Shown here: positions 25,689-38,448 of the stretch, piece after piece
Position numbering within the stretch: the first letter of the stretch is position 1
Layout of the letters: the number at the start of each line of letters is the position of its first letter
Source of the DNA: Gekko japonicus
Lineage: Eukaryota
NCBI RefSeq assembly: GCF_001447785.1
Contig: NW_015173677.1
Coordinates: forward strand, 1,666,024 to 1,730,023
Length of the DNA: 64,000 nucleotides
Direction: 5' to 3'
Notes under the pieces: generated by a model
Seen by the model: the letters and a program-made list of their open reading frames with translations, nothing else
Databases searched by the model: none
Told to the model about the DNA's origin: nothing
Made by a program: the position numbers and the translations under genes

Positions 25689-26042
25689 GGTAAAGGTAAA
25701 GGTTCCCTTGCTCGAAAGCCAGTCGAATCCGACTCTAGGGTTGCGGTGCTCATCTCCGTGTCAAAGCCGAAGAGCCAGCGCTGTCCGAAGACGTTTCTGT
25801 GGTCATGTGGCCGGCATGACTAAACACCAAGGCGCACGGAACGCTGTTACCTTCCCACCGAAGTGGTACCTATTTATCTACTTGCAATTTCTTGCTTTCG
25901 AACTGCTAGGTTGGCAGGAGCTGGAACTAGAGATGGGAGCTCACTTCATCATGCGGCACCCGGGTCTCGAACTGCTGAACTACTGACCTTCCACAGCCTG
26001 CAGTTCAGCGTCTTAACCACTTGAGCCACCGCAGCTCCTTTC
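25689..26042 (-). mobile_element. Sauria SINE, full length, young
   Basis: Reverse complement of the copy at 18283, with 12-bp TSD TTCCATACTATA (25677-25688, 26043-26054). Confidence 0.95.
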
Positions 26043-26771
26043 TTCCATACTATAAAAAGCACCAAATATGAAAGTACAAATAGGTTTTTCACATTTTTTT
26101 TCTTTCCTGTTATTATTTATTTAAAACATTAACTCCCTGTTTCTCCATATAAATATTTATATGTTGGTTTGGAGCAGCGCCAGCAAGTATTCTAAAACCA
26201 GTGAAGTATTGACATCATTGTGAACATTGCTCATCATTCTCTTAATCCTAGTCTGTCACTTAAGACATGTTACATTTAAGGAGAGATCGCTGAAAACATT
26301 AATGTATTTTTTTTTAAGTGTGCATCGCACATTCTTAGGCAGAATTTGCTCACCATATTCTGTCCCACTCTGCCTCATAGCTGAGCTCCCTCATAAGATT
26401 CTTACCTTTGTTGACACCCTTGGACAGACTTGGGTAGGCTCACTTTGGAACTTAATAACTAGAGAGTAGCTGGCTAGTTGGAAATATATGTGAGAGCTTT
26501 GTAGCACACTTAATTGTAATTTTATTTCTTTCACTAGAAGTACATTGAATGGGGTTATACAAAACCAATAATACACAATGAGCAATCAACCTAAAAAACA
26601 TTTAATCCATTTTCTCTTAATTTCTTTGCTGAGAGTACAAACACAGCGATCTTGTGAATAGTTAATGTTTATCATCACTCCTGAGAATAGAAACCACATG
26701 AAATGTTTGAAAACACTCAATTCTTAGATTAAACAAAATGTTTGCATATGTGTTACATTTCTTCTCCCAAG

Positions 26772-26803
26772 AACTGACAGTGAATAGTATTTCAGAACAA
26801 CAG
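26772..26803 (+). other. Candidate exon (32 nt)
   Basis: tttcttctcccaag acceptor and CAG|gtacga donor. Open as xLTVNSISEQQ. Supported by splice signals only. Confidence 0.25.
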
Positions 26804-27040
26804 GTACGATATGACAATATATATGTTGGGCTAAAACCAAGTTTCTACAGGAATTGTGCAGGTACCATTTTTAAGCCATGTGACTTGATTTTTCTCATGT
26901 GTTCTCCAGTTACATCATTCAGTCCCAGAACAGAATATACATATTTTGGTTTGCAGGTGATCTTGAGGGAGTAATAGCTGTCCTTTGTCTGTATTGATAA
27001 GTACTGACTGTTGCATGTTCAACTTTTTGAACATGCAGCA

Positions 27041-27122
27041 GTCTGCCAACATGGATACCTCTAGTGATTACAGATTTAAAGAGTCCACCAACATGGTTAC
27101 CTCTAGTGCTTTTAGATTTAAA
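27041..27122. repeat. Tandem duplication, ~42-bp unit x2
   Basis: ccaacatggatacctctagtgattacagatttaaa followed by ccaacatggttacctctagtgcttttagatttaaa. Confidence 0.85.
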
Positions 27123-27281
27123 CCTGTCAATCATCAAAAACAACCCCTACAGGAATGATTATTTTGTTTTCAAAATCCTTTAGCAGAGCAAGTAAATGAA
27201 GGGTGCCTCTTTCAAAATGACCTTGATGTATTACATTATGTGCTGGGAAGTTGTTTTGCTGAATCTTTCAGGCTGAATTTA

Positions 27282-27370
27282 ACAGTGGAATCCAAAGAAG
27301 AGTTACACTATTCTAAGCCCATTGTCTTCAATGGACTTAGAAGGATGTAACTCCACTTAGGATTGTACTG
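27282..27370. repeat. ~88-bp palindromic MITE-like repeat
   Basis: cagtggaatcc..gagttaca..ttctaagcccattg / caatggacttagaa..tgtaactc..ggattgtactg. Relatives lie at about 9845-9910, 23600-23882 and 29367-29450. Confidence 0.75.
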
Positions 27371-28899
27371 CCAATGACATTCAGAACTGAAGACTGAAGC
27401 AAAGAAGTTTCCCCACCTCCCCTCTTGAGTTTGTACGCTGAAGAGCTGCTTTACATTTTTTCATAAGGCCAGCTAGTATTGTGCAGGTTATGGAACTCTT
27501 AAGAGCTTTGAAGCGTGTACATATAACTAATTTATCCAGGTTGTTACCATACACTTTCTGGAGGTCAGTTCTATGAGTGAAATTCTATATTCCTGTTTTA
27601 TTTGTGCATGAGAGTTTATTTTGTTACTAATGCTGAAAGGGACTGTTTCATTATGGGGTCGTTCCATATGTTTTGTTTCATTATTGTTTCTGTCATTATT
27701 GTTTTGTTTTCATAACTCTGTTTTGTTATTATTTCCTATTGGTGTCCTTAGAATACACACACACACACACACTTTTCTCAGATCAGTACCTTCATGTTTT
27801 TTAATTCAAATGAGACAAAACTTAGAAGAACTGTAGTACTCCCCCAGGACACCACACTGTCAAATGTCTGACAGATGGAATGAAGAGCTGCCATGTTTAA
27901 TGTTTAATACTAAAGAGCTTCCATGTTTAATGTTAAAGACTCTGGGAGAACTGAAAGGAAAGATTCCAAAAAGTAAAGCAGACGACACTGCAACCACTTA
28001 GCTTGAAGAACAGTAGCACAAGGAAGAGGCAGACAGATAAGGCGAGGCATTTGGTGGCACCAGGAGGGTAAGGTACCTGGACAGGCAGTGAGTAGCAGGA
28101 GGACCTTGACACAGTTGTGCTTGGATGAGGTAAAAGGCAGCAGAAAAGCAAGCGAATGCAGGCTGAAAGGGAAAATTTGGCACAGTAGGGTAGGAAGTGG
28201 AAGGAGAGAGGAAGTTCCACTTGTATCCTTCAGGACTGGAACACTGCTCACATGTATGTAATCCTACTGGGTACACCTTGCAATCAATGAAGACAGCCCA
28301 GAGCTTCTGCCTGCTCCCCCCCAAGAACTCTGTCCTCTCTTTGCCTTTTAGTCAGAAAATACTGGGTGCCTTGCAAAAATGAAACCAATGGGGGGCATAG
28401 ATTTCAACCATGAAAAAAATCAGAACAAAACAAAAGAAAATTGTGGGCTTTTTTCATTATTCGCTGTTCAGATGTAGCATTTGTTCAGAATTCATAGTAA
28501 TTATAATAATTACAAAACACCCCATTTTTTGTAATGATTGTAATTAATAACACAAGAAATGCACAGACCTAATTCCTGTTAAATAATCTGTTTTGGACAA
28601 TTGTATGCACTGACAGGATACCTTAGAAACTCTTGCAGTGAACAACAAATAATGGGATCATTCAGATCCTATGAAGTCCTCCATACAGAGTGGCCATGGA
28701 AGAAGTAACATTAAGTACATTATGACTATAATTACTGCATCGCTTGCCTGTGGCAGCATGTAAGAAATGTGAGCATTTGCACATATTAGTCATTGATGAC
28801 AAGAAGTGTTTGTACTTTGAACATTGTCCATCTATACATTTATTCCATGCCCTCTAACCATTAGGTAACTCTATGCAATTTGGCTTCTATGGACTGTTG

Positions 28900-29144
28900 A
28901 GACCAGCATGATGTAGTGGTTAAGAGCAGTGACTGTAATCTGGAGAACTGGATTTGATTCCCCACTCCTTCACATGAAGCCTGCTGGGTGACCTTGGGCC
29001 AGTCACAATTCTCTCAGAAATCTCTCTGCCCCACCTACATCACAAGGTTCCTGTATTGAGGAGAGGAAGGGAAGGCGATTGTAAGCCGCTTTGAGACTCT
29101 TTAGGGGAGAGAAAAGAAGGATATAAAACCAACTCTTCTTCTTC
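28900..29144 (+). mobile_element. Squam3-type SINE
   Basis: tRNA-like head gtagtggttaagagcagtgactgtaatctggagaactgg and (CTT)n tail. Confidence 0.85.
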
Positions 29145-29588
29145 CATGAACCAAATTAGTCTCCAACCTTGTTAATCCAGGGCTGCCATGATGATTTACT
29201 TTACTTCTGGTCTCTTCCTTCCAAAGAATCTCTATGTTCTCAATTAGTGTTGTAGGCACATCTGAATTACTGCTTTCATGTTTTGGAGAGCAGGCATTGC
29301 TCTTTGTCTCAGTAGCCTTTGGAGTACCTAGAAATCTATTCCTTCCCACTCATTTAATCAGATTGACAGTGTAATCCTTCACAGAGTTACGCCAATCTAA
29401 ACCCCTTCAGTAACTTTAGAAGAATATAACTCTGTTTAGGATTGCACTGATTGCACTGTAAATCTGTGTCACCCTCTTGTACTCTATTTCTAAGACTGCT
29501 ACAAACTGCAACCTTTTGCTTTTTCCAGCTATGCCCTGAAACACATTTTTTGCTTTCTGTCCCCCTCCCTTTCTTTTGTACTGTGCAC

Positions 29589-29690
29589 TGGGCCTGAGGA
29601 AGAGTTCTAAGGAACTCAAAAGTTTACTCATTATTTTGTGATGTTGTAGTGGTCTTAATGAGAGGTAATACATTACTGCTGATTTTGGAT
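29589..29690 (+). repeat. Decayed minimal hammerhead-ribozyme motif in a Penelope-type repeat end
   Basis: tgggc-CTGAGGA-a-gagttc[taag]gaactc-AAAA-gttt-actca. The CUGANGA box and stem II are intact; GAAA is mutated at a CpG. Confidence 0.55.
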
Positions 29691-30264
29691 TTTTTTCCCC
29701 TATGGAGCAATTGCCTGCAATTTTTATCAGTTGGTGAGTATATATTAATCACAGTAATTACTCACTTTAAACTGCACATAAAGGGCAGTTTCTTAGTACA
29801 GGGCAGACATACTCTCGCTCTAGTCAAGATCCAGTATATGTTGGACTTCTGTATTGTGGAGATTACAAACTGATTTCATGTAATGCATATCGGCCATCTA
29901 ATTCTTTCACATAATACATAATCTAAGCTGTGACAGCTATGGTAGCAGTGACCTTTGCCACCAGAGAGGTATTTCATGCTTTGTGAATCATCATTGTTAT
30001 TTTAACAAAATATTTAAAACCGTTGCAGCTCTTTCTCAAAGGAAAGAGGCTCTTCAAATAACTTTAGTCATTAAGTGATATTTTAGCTTTGTTACTTGGG
30101 GTCTAAATCTCTGTGTAAACATGAGCTTCCCTTTATCTTCTATGAAGGGAAATGTTCAGCACTTACAGATTCATCCTAATATGTGCTAACTGTTTGCAGA
30201 AAAAAATAATATATATCTGGAGGCACATGCTTTAGAGCTTCCAGGACAACACCTGTATCAATTA

Positions 30265-30815
30265 ATTAATTTGCTTTGTTTATACCCCACCTTTCTCCTC
30301 AACAGGGACCCAAAGTGGCTAATCATTCTTCATTTTATCCTCACAACAGCCCTCTGAGTTAGATGAGGCAGAGAGCATGTGACTGGCCAAAGGTCACCCA
30401 GTAGGGTTGCCAAGTACCTACCTATGAACCGGCGGGGGACACATGCTTCCCTGCCGGAAGATTCTTGCTTGTAACACAGGCGCTGCACTATTCCATCGCC
30501 CAGACGCGATGTAGGCACGTAGCTGGGTGACGCTCCGGTAATGGAGCTGGAAACTCGATGGTGCCATCAAGTTTCCAGCCCCATTGCTAGAGTGTCGCCC
30601 GGCTACATGCCTACGTCACGTCTGGGCGGCAGAATAGTGCAATGCCTGTGTTTTCCCCGCGGGAATGGTCCTGCGAAGAACTACATATCCCCCGCCAAAT
30701 CAAGGTAAGTACTTGGGAGCCCTGTCACTCATCTAGCTTCCATGACAGAGTGGGGACTCAAACCTGGGTCTCTGAGATCCTAATCCAACATTCTAGCCAC
30801 AACATCATGTTGGTG
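30265..30815 (-). mobile_element. SINE with L2-type tail, split by a hAT MITE
   Basis: tttataccccacctttctcc...cattttatcctcacaacagccct...aaggtcaccca, resuming at agcttccatgacagagtggggactcaaacc. Confidence 0.75.
30402..30724. mobile_element. hAT-type palindromic MITE
   Basis: tagggttgccaagtac / gtacttgggagccctg termini and 8-bp TSD tcacccag/tcactcat (2 mismatches). Confidence 0.8.
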
Positions 30816-32621
30816 CTCACTTTTTCACTTACTGTACAGTGGTTCAGATGTTTTCATGGAAGCTACTGCTAAAAATTGTGTAGAAATTTAATATGAATGT
30901 AAGCTCCTAACTGCAAAACGTAATGACTCCCCTCCTGTTCATCCCCAGAGCTTCAGAATTCTTTGGTATCCATTGATGTGTGTTGTTTGAAATGGTGTTA
31001 CAAGAAAGTTGGGGAACTACATTGCAATTGGAAAAATACTGCATTATCCAAGACAATTAAACTGAAGAAAGAGCTATATGGCTTAGAGTTTCAGACATCC
31101 TTCACTAAGTATAACTGCTAGGAGGGGTTTGTACTCATAATAAGAATGAGAGGTTCATGTATTTTACCTATTTAGATGAAGTGAAGGTTCTGTCCTTTAG
31201 AAATGCATAATCAGTCTCAAAAATGCACACTGTGGTACTCTGTTCAGTTCAGTTAGGTATCCAAGGAAGTGCTATCAGTTGTGATTCTGCCTCCAAATTA
31301 CCTCTCGTGTTAAAAATCACCATCTTGAACATCTTATATATTTAATTAGATTTTAAAAGATGCATAATAATTCAATTACCATCTCAGTGTGACAACTTAT
31401 GGTCCTTTGATCAACCTAGAATAATTTGAAAAGCCTTGATAAATTGCAGTGAGAGTCTTTGGGAGGGACTCCCCTCCATCCCAGCCTGCATATCTTCTTT
31501 AGAGGTAACATGTAGACTGACCCTGGGACCTCCCACCTCTGCCTGATAGTTCAATTAACCTGAGAACTGTTAGGAAGGAAAGGCTTGTGATAGTGACAGT
31601 TAGTTTTGATGAAACCCAGGATTTCTAGCTTTACAAGGGACATTCTGAATGCGAGTGAGGAGTGAATCTTTTTCTGATCATTTATATATTTATCAGTCTT
31701 TCTGCTCTTTGTCTTTCACTGCTGGTTTTGTACATTTGTTTGTATAATGTATCAGTTTATACATGAAGTATATAGTATCAATATATTGCTTTTACATATA
31801 CATGTCAGGGAACCTGCAAGGACTTGGGGGGTGAATGACTCTTTCCTTTCCCCAAGTATTTTCTCTTTCCTTTACTTGAAAGCCACCATAGCCTCTCCTC
31901 CTTTCCTGCTTCCTTCTCTGCTTCTCATCCGTCAGCCAACCTACCTTTATCTTCACCCAACTTCAGTTTTCCACTCTACCCTATCTCAGCACTCTCTGCA
32001 TAGGAAAGCTATGGCCCAGTTCTGCTGTGCCAGTTGCCCTGGCTGGCCCAGCTGCACAGTGGGGAACCTGCAAAGACTTCCAAGAGACACTGCATTTCCC
32101 CCTGTCTCAACCTCTCCACACTATTTCCTCTTTNNNNNNNNNNNNNNNNNNNNNNNNNNNNNNNNNNNNNNNNNNNNNNNNNNNNNNNNNNNNNNNNNNN
32201 NNNNNNNNNNNNNNNNNNNNNNNNNNNNNNNNNNNNNNNNNNNNNNNNNNNNNNNNNNNNNNNNNNNNNNNNNNNNNNNNNNNNNNNNNNNNNNNNNNNN
32301 NNNNNNNNNNNNNNNNNNNNNNNNNNNNNNNNNNNNNNNNNNNNNNNNNNNNNNNNNNNNNNNNNNNNNNNNNNNNNNNNNNNNNNNNNNNNNNNNNNNN
32401 NNNGGAAGCCGCCCGTTGGGTAGGCCGGGGGAGGCATTTAAATGCCTCCCCAATCGTTCCAGCCCCCCCCCCGCCCACCTGCTTCAGAGTCGCCAGGGGG
32501 GTCGCTCTTCAGGCCTTCCTTCTGTAGCCACGCATGCAGAGGTTTTGGCTGTAGTGGGCGTGGCCAGCTCTGAAGCCAGCCGGAACTCCATTCCTGTGCG
32601 TTCCTGCCCAAAAATAGCCCT

Positions 32622-32848
32622 GATTGATTTATGCCATTTATATCCTATGTTTATCTACAGTAGGGACCAAAGCAGCTTATATCATTCTCCTCTCCTTTTT
32701 ATCCTCACAACAGCCCTGTAAAGTAGGCTAGGCTGAAAGTATGTGACCGGCCCAAAATCACCTGGTCAGCTTCCATGGCAGACTGCTGATTTGAAACTGA
32801 GTCTCCCAGATCCTACTCTAATGCTTTAACTGCTACACCACACTAGCT
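32622..32848 (-). mobile_element. SINE with L2-type tail
   Basis: Same core as the copies at 30265 and 34768. Confidence 0.7.
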
Positions 32849-33269
32849 TTCATAGGCTGCTATTGAACAGTAGCAAGCAGCCAGACCTAGGTGAGTCATG
32901 TTAGTAGGGCAGTATTAAGGTTATTCAGTGGCTGCTGCTAGGCCTAGCCCCAAGAAGTCCTCTGTCAAACAGCCCTAAAAAGGGTCCTGGTGACTCCCCC
33001 TGCCTTGTACTGACAAAAACTAGGCCTAGAATGCAATGGTTGCCTAGCAGCAGAAGGCTTCCATTTATTAAAGCTACAGGCACTCCTTGTCAGGTTCTTC
33101 TGGGGTCAGATCTAAGTTCAGGGATGATTTATTTGGGCAAGTGTCCCAGGACAGAGCCTCAAAGTAGAGCAACAGGAATTTTACCAAATTTTACTGAATT
33201 TCCCCAAATTGCTCTGCCAATTACCTATTCCCACCTGTCAAGGAATGGGTCTGGCTCTTTGTCCCTCGA

Positions 33270-33560
33270 TAGGGTTCCCAAGTACTTACTGCAATCCGGC
33301 GGGGCAAACATGCTCCCTGGCCGGACCATTCTTCCCTGTAACGCACCATACTGTTGCCAGGAAGTGATGCTGGGTGACACTCTGGCAATGGGGCTGAAAA
33401 CTCGATGGTAACATCGGGTTTCCAGCCCCATTGCCAGAACGTCGCCCAGTTTCACTTCCTGGCGATGGCATGGTGTGGCGCGTCTGTTGTCCCCGCAGGA
33501 ATTATCCTGCGAAGATGTCTGTGTCCCCCACCGAATCATGGTAAGTACCTGGGAAGCCTG
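33270..33560. mobile_element. hAT-type palindromic MITE (same family as 30402)
   Basis: tagggttcccaagtacttac / gtaagtacctgggaagcctg termini and perfect 8-bp TSD TCCCTCGA (33262-33269, 33561-33568). Confidence 0.9.
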
Positions 33561-34424
33561 TCCCTCGATGCTCTTCAGCATGCCTTTTAAATGCTTTCAC
33601 AAGAGAGGGCTAACCTGGCCTCAGACAATTGTCCTTCCCCAACCACATTGCCAGCAGGACCCTCAGAGCTGTGGTGGTGGTGGTAGTGCCCTAGGGAGAT
33701 GGCAGGGCCCTGAGGAACCACTGTTTTGGCAGCAGGGCCCCTGGCTGCTGGCAGGACCCCTGGGAGTCACTGTGTCAGCTGTGCAGGTAAATAATCTGTA
33801 CATGCACAGATAATGTTATTTTTTGGGGGGGTAAACCTCCCAATACAATTTTTTAATGCTTAAGATTTTTTCTGCAAACCTGGGGAGGGGTCTCCCCAAG
33901 TTTGGAGAAAAATCTCCTTTTTACCCCAGGAGCTGTCACACTGGTCATAGGGCCCCCAGAAGCCACAGTGGCTATGGCAGGGCCCCCAGACACTGCTGCA
34001 CCAGCCATAGGCACCCCCAGAGCCCCACCAATGGCAGCACCTTGATCGTCAGGAGCTGCATCCTCTGGTAAGTACTCAGTGCCAGTTCCTACTTATCATC
34101 TATACATCTATTGACAGAGAAGGGGAGGAGGAATTTTTAAAAAAGAATATTTTGGTTTACTTGAGTAGTGCATATACATCACCATTTATACATAATCAAA
34201 ATGAATTTTGATTGAAACAAAAGTCCTTCTTTGAACTCCAAAATACATATTGGGTGCAGGGACCCTGAAGTTAATAGATACGGAAGATTCTAATTATATG
34301 GTATCAGCTCCGATTCATTGAAGGAGATGGCATTATGGCATGCTGTACAGAAGTGCTAGTGATATTTTAATTACTGTATTAGTCCAAGAATATTCTAATG
34401 CTGTTTTTCTAATGTCTACCTCAG

Positions 34425-34477
34425 CCTATGGATGTCATTGTGATACAGACGTTATCATTCCCTCATTAATAAAGAAG
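34425..34477 (+). other. Candidate exon (53 nt)
   Basis: ctaat branch-like motifs, tctacctcag acceptor and consensus AAG|gtgagt donor. One open frame: xYGCHCDTDVIIPSLIKK. The protein is not recognised. Confidence 0.4.
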
Positions 34478-34767
34478 GTGAGTTGAGTACAGGCGGTCTG
34501 GCCACCAAATCACTTCAAGGGAGAAAACAAGAGTGAGAACTTGGTGACACATGAAGTTTTGAACATATACACATAAACTATTTTAGTGATGGTAACAATA
34601 AAACTTTATATTGATACAGTGAGTGAAAGTGGGGTGAATCATCTTAACATAAAATGGGTGATGAAGACAGGGATGCCGAGTGGAATGCAAACAATGTCCC
34701 TGTACATGCTTTTTAGAGCAGATTTCTTCAAATACACCATCTTTTTTAATGTAGTCAGTTTGAGATG

Positions 34768-35008
34768 TTTATTTATTTGCTTTTATTTGTGTTGATATTT
34801 ATACCCCACTGTTCTCAGCTGGGACCCAAAACAGCTCACAGCATTCTGCCCTTCTCCATTTTATCATCACAACCACCATGTAAGGTAAGTTGCTCTGAGA
34901 ATGTGTACCTGAGCCAAGGTCCCCCAGTGAGCTTCCCTGTCAGAGTGGGGATTCAAATCTAGTTCTCCCAGATCCTAGTCCGACAGTGTAACCACTATAG
35001 AACACTGG
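34768..35008 (-). mobile_element. SINE with L2-type tail
   Basis: (ttta) tail, cattttatcatcacaaccacc core, and gattcaaatc B-box-like segment. Confidence 0.7.
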
Positions 35009-35129
35009 TGCACTGTACATTATCTAATGTAAAGCTCTTGTTTCATCATTGCTCAGACAACAACTTCAAATGTGAGAAAAGGTGTATGCATTCCATCATA
35101 CATTGTCATAATGGAAAGGTACGCCTTCC

Positions 35130-35413
35130 TTTTTGGTGCAGCAGTTAGAAGCGCAGACTGTAATCTGGGAGAACCATGTTTGATTCCCCACGCCTCCACA
35201 TGCAGCTGCTGGTGTGACCTTGGGTCAGTCACAAGTTCTTTCAGAGCTGTTCTTTCAAGGGCAGTTCTCAAAAGAGCTCTCTAAGCCCCACCTACCTCAC
35301 AGAGTGTCTGTTGTGAGGAGGGGAAGGGAAAGGAGATTGTAAGCCGCACTGAGACTCCTTCAGGTAGTGAAGGGTGGGGTATAAATCCAATCTCCTCCTC
35401 CTTCTCCTCCTTC
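35130..35413 (+). mobile_element. Squam3-type SINE
   Basis: Near-identical to the copy at 35943, with a (CCT/CTT) tail. Confidence 0.85.
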
Positions 35414-35942
35414 TGGACAGTCCAAATCACTTACCTGATGAGCATCCTCTTTCAGAGGACTAAAACTCTGCATTTTCTTTCAGATCTAGGGAATCAATTT
35501 AAAATTGCCTGGTAGTGACTGAATATATCATTTTAAGGTACAGGAAACAATACATTATAACAAATCTATTCACAAATTATCTGCCAGCCTTTTAATTGCA
35601 TCATCAAAGGCAACTCAATTAGGAATGTAATTGAGAATAGCCATATTGCATAACCTTGCGAATTCAAGAAAGAGACAGAAATATAAACAGAAGAGGGAAT
35701 GTAGATATATAAACAGGAGGAAACTAAATAAAGCAAAAGAGAGAAAAGGGCCTAAAGAATTACATAGGGTTTCATTGTGGATTTGGGTGTTTCCCACCTT
35801 ATCAGGCAACCTGGCATCCCTAGTTATTTGTCATAGACAAAAATTGTCTTCCAGAATGGTGGCTTATCACATAAACAGGTAGTTAGGAACTGAGCTAGTA
35901 TTGATTGTCAGCCTGAAATGGTGGGAGAGGACTTTTAGATTT

Positions 35943-36225
35943 GAGAGCCAGTTTGGTGTAGTAGTTATTAGCACAGACTCTATTCTAGGAGAACTGGGTT
36001 TGATTTTCCACTCCTCCACGTGCAGCTGCTGATGTGACCTTTGGTCAGTCACAAGTTCTCTCTTAGCTGTTCTCTCAAAAGCAGTCCTTTAAAGAGCTCT
36101 CTCAGCCCCACCTACCTCACAGGGTGTCTGTTGTGGGGAGGGGAAGGGAAAGGAGATTGTAAACCTCTCTGAGTGAGACTCCAAGTGAAGGGTGGGGTAT
36201 AATCCAATCTCCTCCTCCTCCTTCT
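35943..36225 (+). mobile_element. Squam3-type SINE
   Basis: gagagccagtttggtgtagtagtta head and (CCT)n tail. Confidence 0.9.
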
Positions 36226-36481
36226 CTGTTGGCTTTAGAAGTGAATACTATATTCGGGTAGAAGTAAAATGAAAAATGATCTGATGGGAATGTATTTTAT
36301 GTACAGACTGAGCTATGTGACTGAAAGTGAGAGTCTCAGTTCAAAGCCTACATAGCCCCCAGAGGAGACAAAGATTCTGGGTAATAAGGTGCTAGCTTGG
36401 TAGTAATAGCGGGTTGGAACCAGACTAAGCTGGCAATTTCTCCCAATTTTCCTTTCCCACTGCCAACCCTCACAACAACCC

Positions 36482-36634
36482 TGCTTGGAGGGTCAACAGT
36501 GGGAGGGCTTCTAGCGTCCTGGCCCCAGTGCTGGACCTCCTGATGGCACCTGCTATTTTTGGCCACTGCGTGACAGAGTGTTGGACTGGATGGGCCTTTG
36601 GCCTGATCCAACATTGGCTTCTCTTATGTTCTTA
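36482..36634 (+). mobile_element. CR1 3' UTR stub (same family as 60827-62422)
   Basis: Matches 62260-62414, including the ctcttatgttctta tail. Confidence 0.85.
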
Positions 36635-37752
36635 CCCTCTTCGTGTCATTCCTCAGGATCACCTGTCTCCCAGGAGCAGAATTTCACAGGGTGCTGAGTG
36701 GAGGGGAGACAGGAAAGTTCCATTCTGCCACAGAAGAATTAGTCCGGATCCGACCCAGTTTGTTCAGTATGTAATAACATTAAGAACCTCTTCACTTTAC
36801 CTTTAATAGTACAAGTTTTTAAATGTATATAATATTTTTGTAATAGGTCCTGTTGATGGAAAGGTACCTGAACTGAGACTAAAAATATTTGGAGTTAGCT
36901 TTCGCAAGGAAAATAGTCATGAATAGAGAATCCTCAGTCTTTTTTATTGCTACATAATTTAAATATTACTGACACAGATGTTTGGATATATAATTGAAAC
37001 ATTAATTCAGCTTTAGATTTCCCAGGGGAATTCATAGAAAGCTCAGACACTTGAAAGAAGAGAAACTGTGCTACAAAGTGATTACAAAGAAGCAGCACAA
37101 GCAATTAAATGATCTAAAAGTTTGTTAAATTGTTTGTGAGTCTTTTAGATTCTTAATTGATTCCTGGCTCATTTATTAAAGAGAGGAGTGTCTCTTTTCA
37201 TATTGAATAAAGGTCTTGCAAAGATATAACAAATCTAATCTCTCATCATAGAAGGTTCATTGCACTTCTAGTGAACTGACATTCTTTTATTAACATCCTC
37301 ACAATCTGATAAAATTTATTAGTAATGTGTTAGCTGGGCACAACTTTAGTTACCACAGGTAGCTATGGCATCAGAGCAAAATATGTTGTATGTTCACTAC
37401 TGTGGAGGGGGGGTTATCTATTAGGTTAATTTTTTAAATATAATTTATGTTTTTATTCAAGGAACACAGAGGTTTTTGATAACATTCAACACATCTGGCA
37501 TACAAAATAAATGCAGAACATTTCTTGCAATCCACTTACCACTCTACAGTCCCTGAATACTCTCCCCCTCTAGAAGACAGGAAATTAAAAAAAAAATGAA
37601 AACAGAAAATTAGTGTTGGTAATTATTTTTCTTTCCCCGAATGCATCCTGTAAGGTTGGATTGCAGCAGAAACAGCAAAGTTTCTTGGTGCTTTGTTTAA
37701 CTTCACTAGGTGCTGTGAAGTTCCTTCTTTTACATTTAGATTTTGTTTACAG

Positions 37753-37884
37753 CTTCAGCCTAGGCATATTTATATACATACCAGGACACTACAAAATAAC
37801 AGCTTCCAATCATGGGGAGAGAACCTTCTCAGCATGCACTGTGCGCACCTATGCGCACCCTCCAATGAATGCAGATAGGTGGAG
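37753..37884 (+). other. Candidate exon (132 nt, frame-preserving)
   Basis: ttttgtttacag acceptor and perfect GAG|gtaagt donor. Only phase 2 is open (xFSLGIFIYIPGHYKITASNHGERTFSACTVRTYAHPPMNADRW). It could equally be UTR. Confidence 0.4.
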
Positions 37885-38448
37885 GTAAGTTTGTACTGCA
37901 ATTGCTCCCTCTCCAAAGATGCTCATTCCCTCCTGCCTGTTGTCTGAAAATGGTTCTAGTTTCAGTTGTGTGTTCTCTCTCTCTCTCTCTCTCTCTTCCG
38001 CATTTAGATAATCTTGTACAAATAGGTGGTTTTCACTGTGTCCTTAAAACAGTAATGTGTGGGCTAGTATTGACCTGGTACATAAGGCAATAGCAAGACT
38101 TTCCTATGCAAGCTAGAGCATAACTGCTAGATTTGTTTTATGTATTCCATGCTAAGCTTCTACATTTCAGAAATTGGTGTCTCTACCGTTGTAAGCTAAA
38201 AACAAGTCAGTCAGGTCATTTATCATTTTAATATTGGAACTAAATCAAGTAGCAGTGAGCATTTCTATTGGATCTCATCATCCATTAACTTAAGTCTTGC
38301 TATATGTTCATTTGATTCTACTTTTAGCTAAGCAACATTCCTAGGATTGCACTGCCCATCTTCCAGTAGTTGGTGGTTAATTTTTTGGTTGGGGGGTGAC
38401 TGAAGTTCAGAATTATACCAAATCATTATCCTTTGACACCTTTTCTCT

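Noticed and set aside
29204-29328. Minus-strand exon-like ORF (TPKATETKSNACSPKHESSNSDVPTTLIENIEILWKEETR)
   Set aside because: The donor is weak and I recognise no homology, so it cannot be distinguished from chance.
31747-32721. 324-aa ORF and overlapping ORFs
   Set aside because: The length is inflated by an N gap and the rest is repeat-derived, with no protein motifs.
34430-34445. YGCHC as a phospholipase A2 motif
   Set aside because: The following G-x-G-x-P-x-D calcium-loop residues are absent.
35435-35485. Minus-strand 51-nt exon-like unit with CAG|gtaagt
   Set aside because: All through-reading frames have stops and the acceptor is modest. There is no supporting partner exon; a similar candidate near 26406-26475 is equally unsupported.
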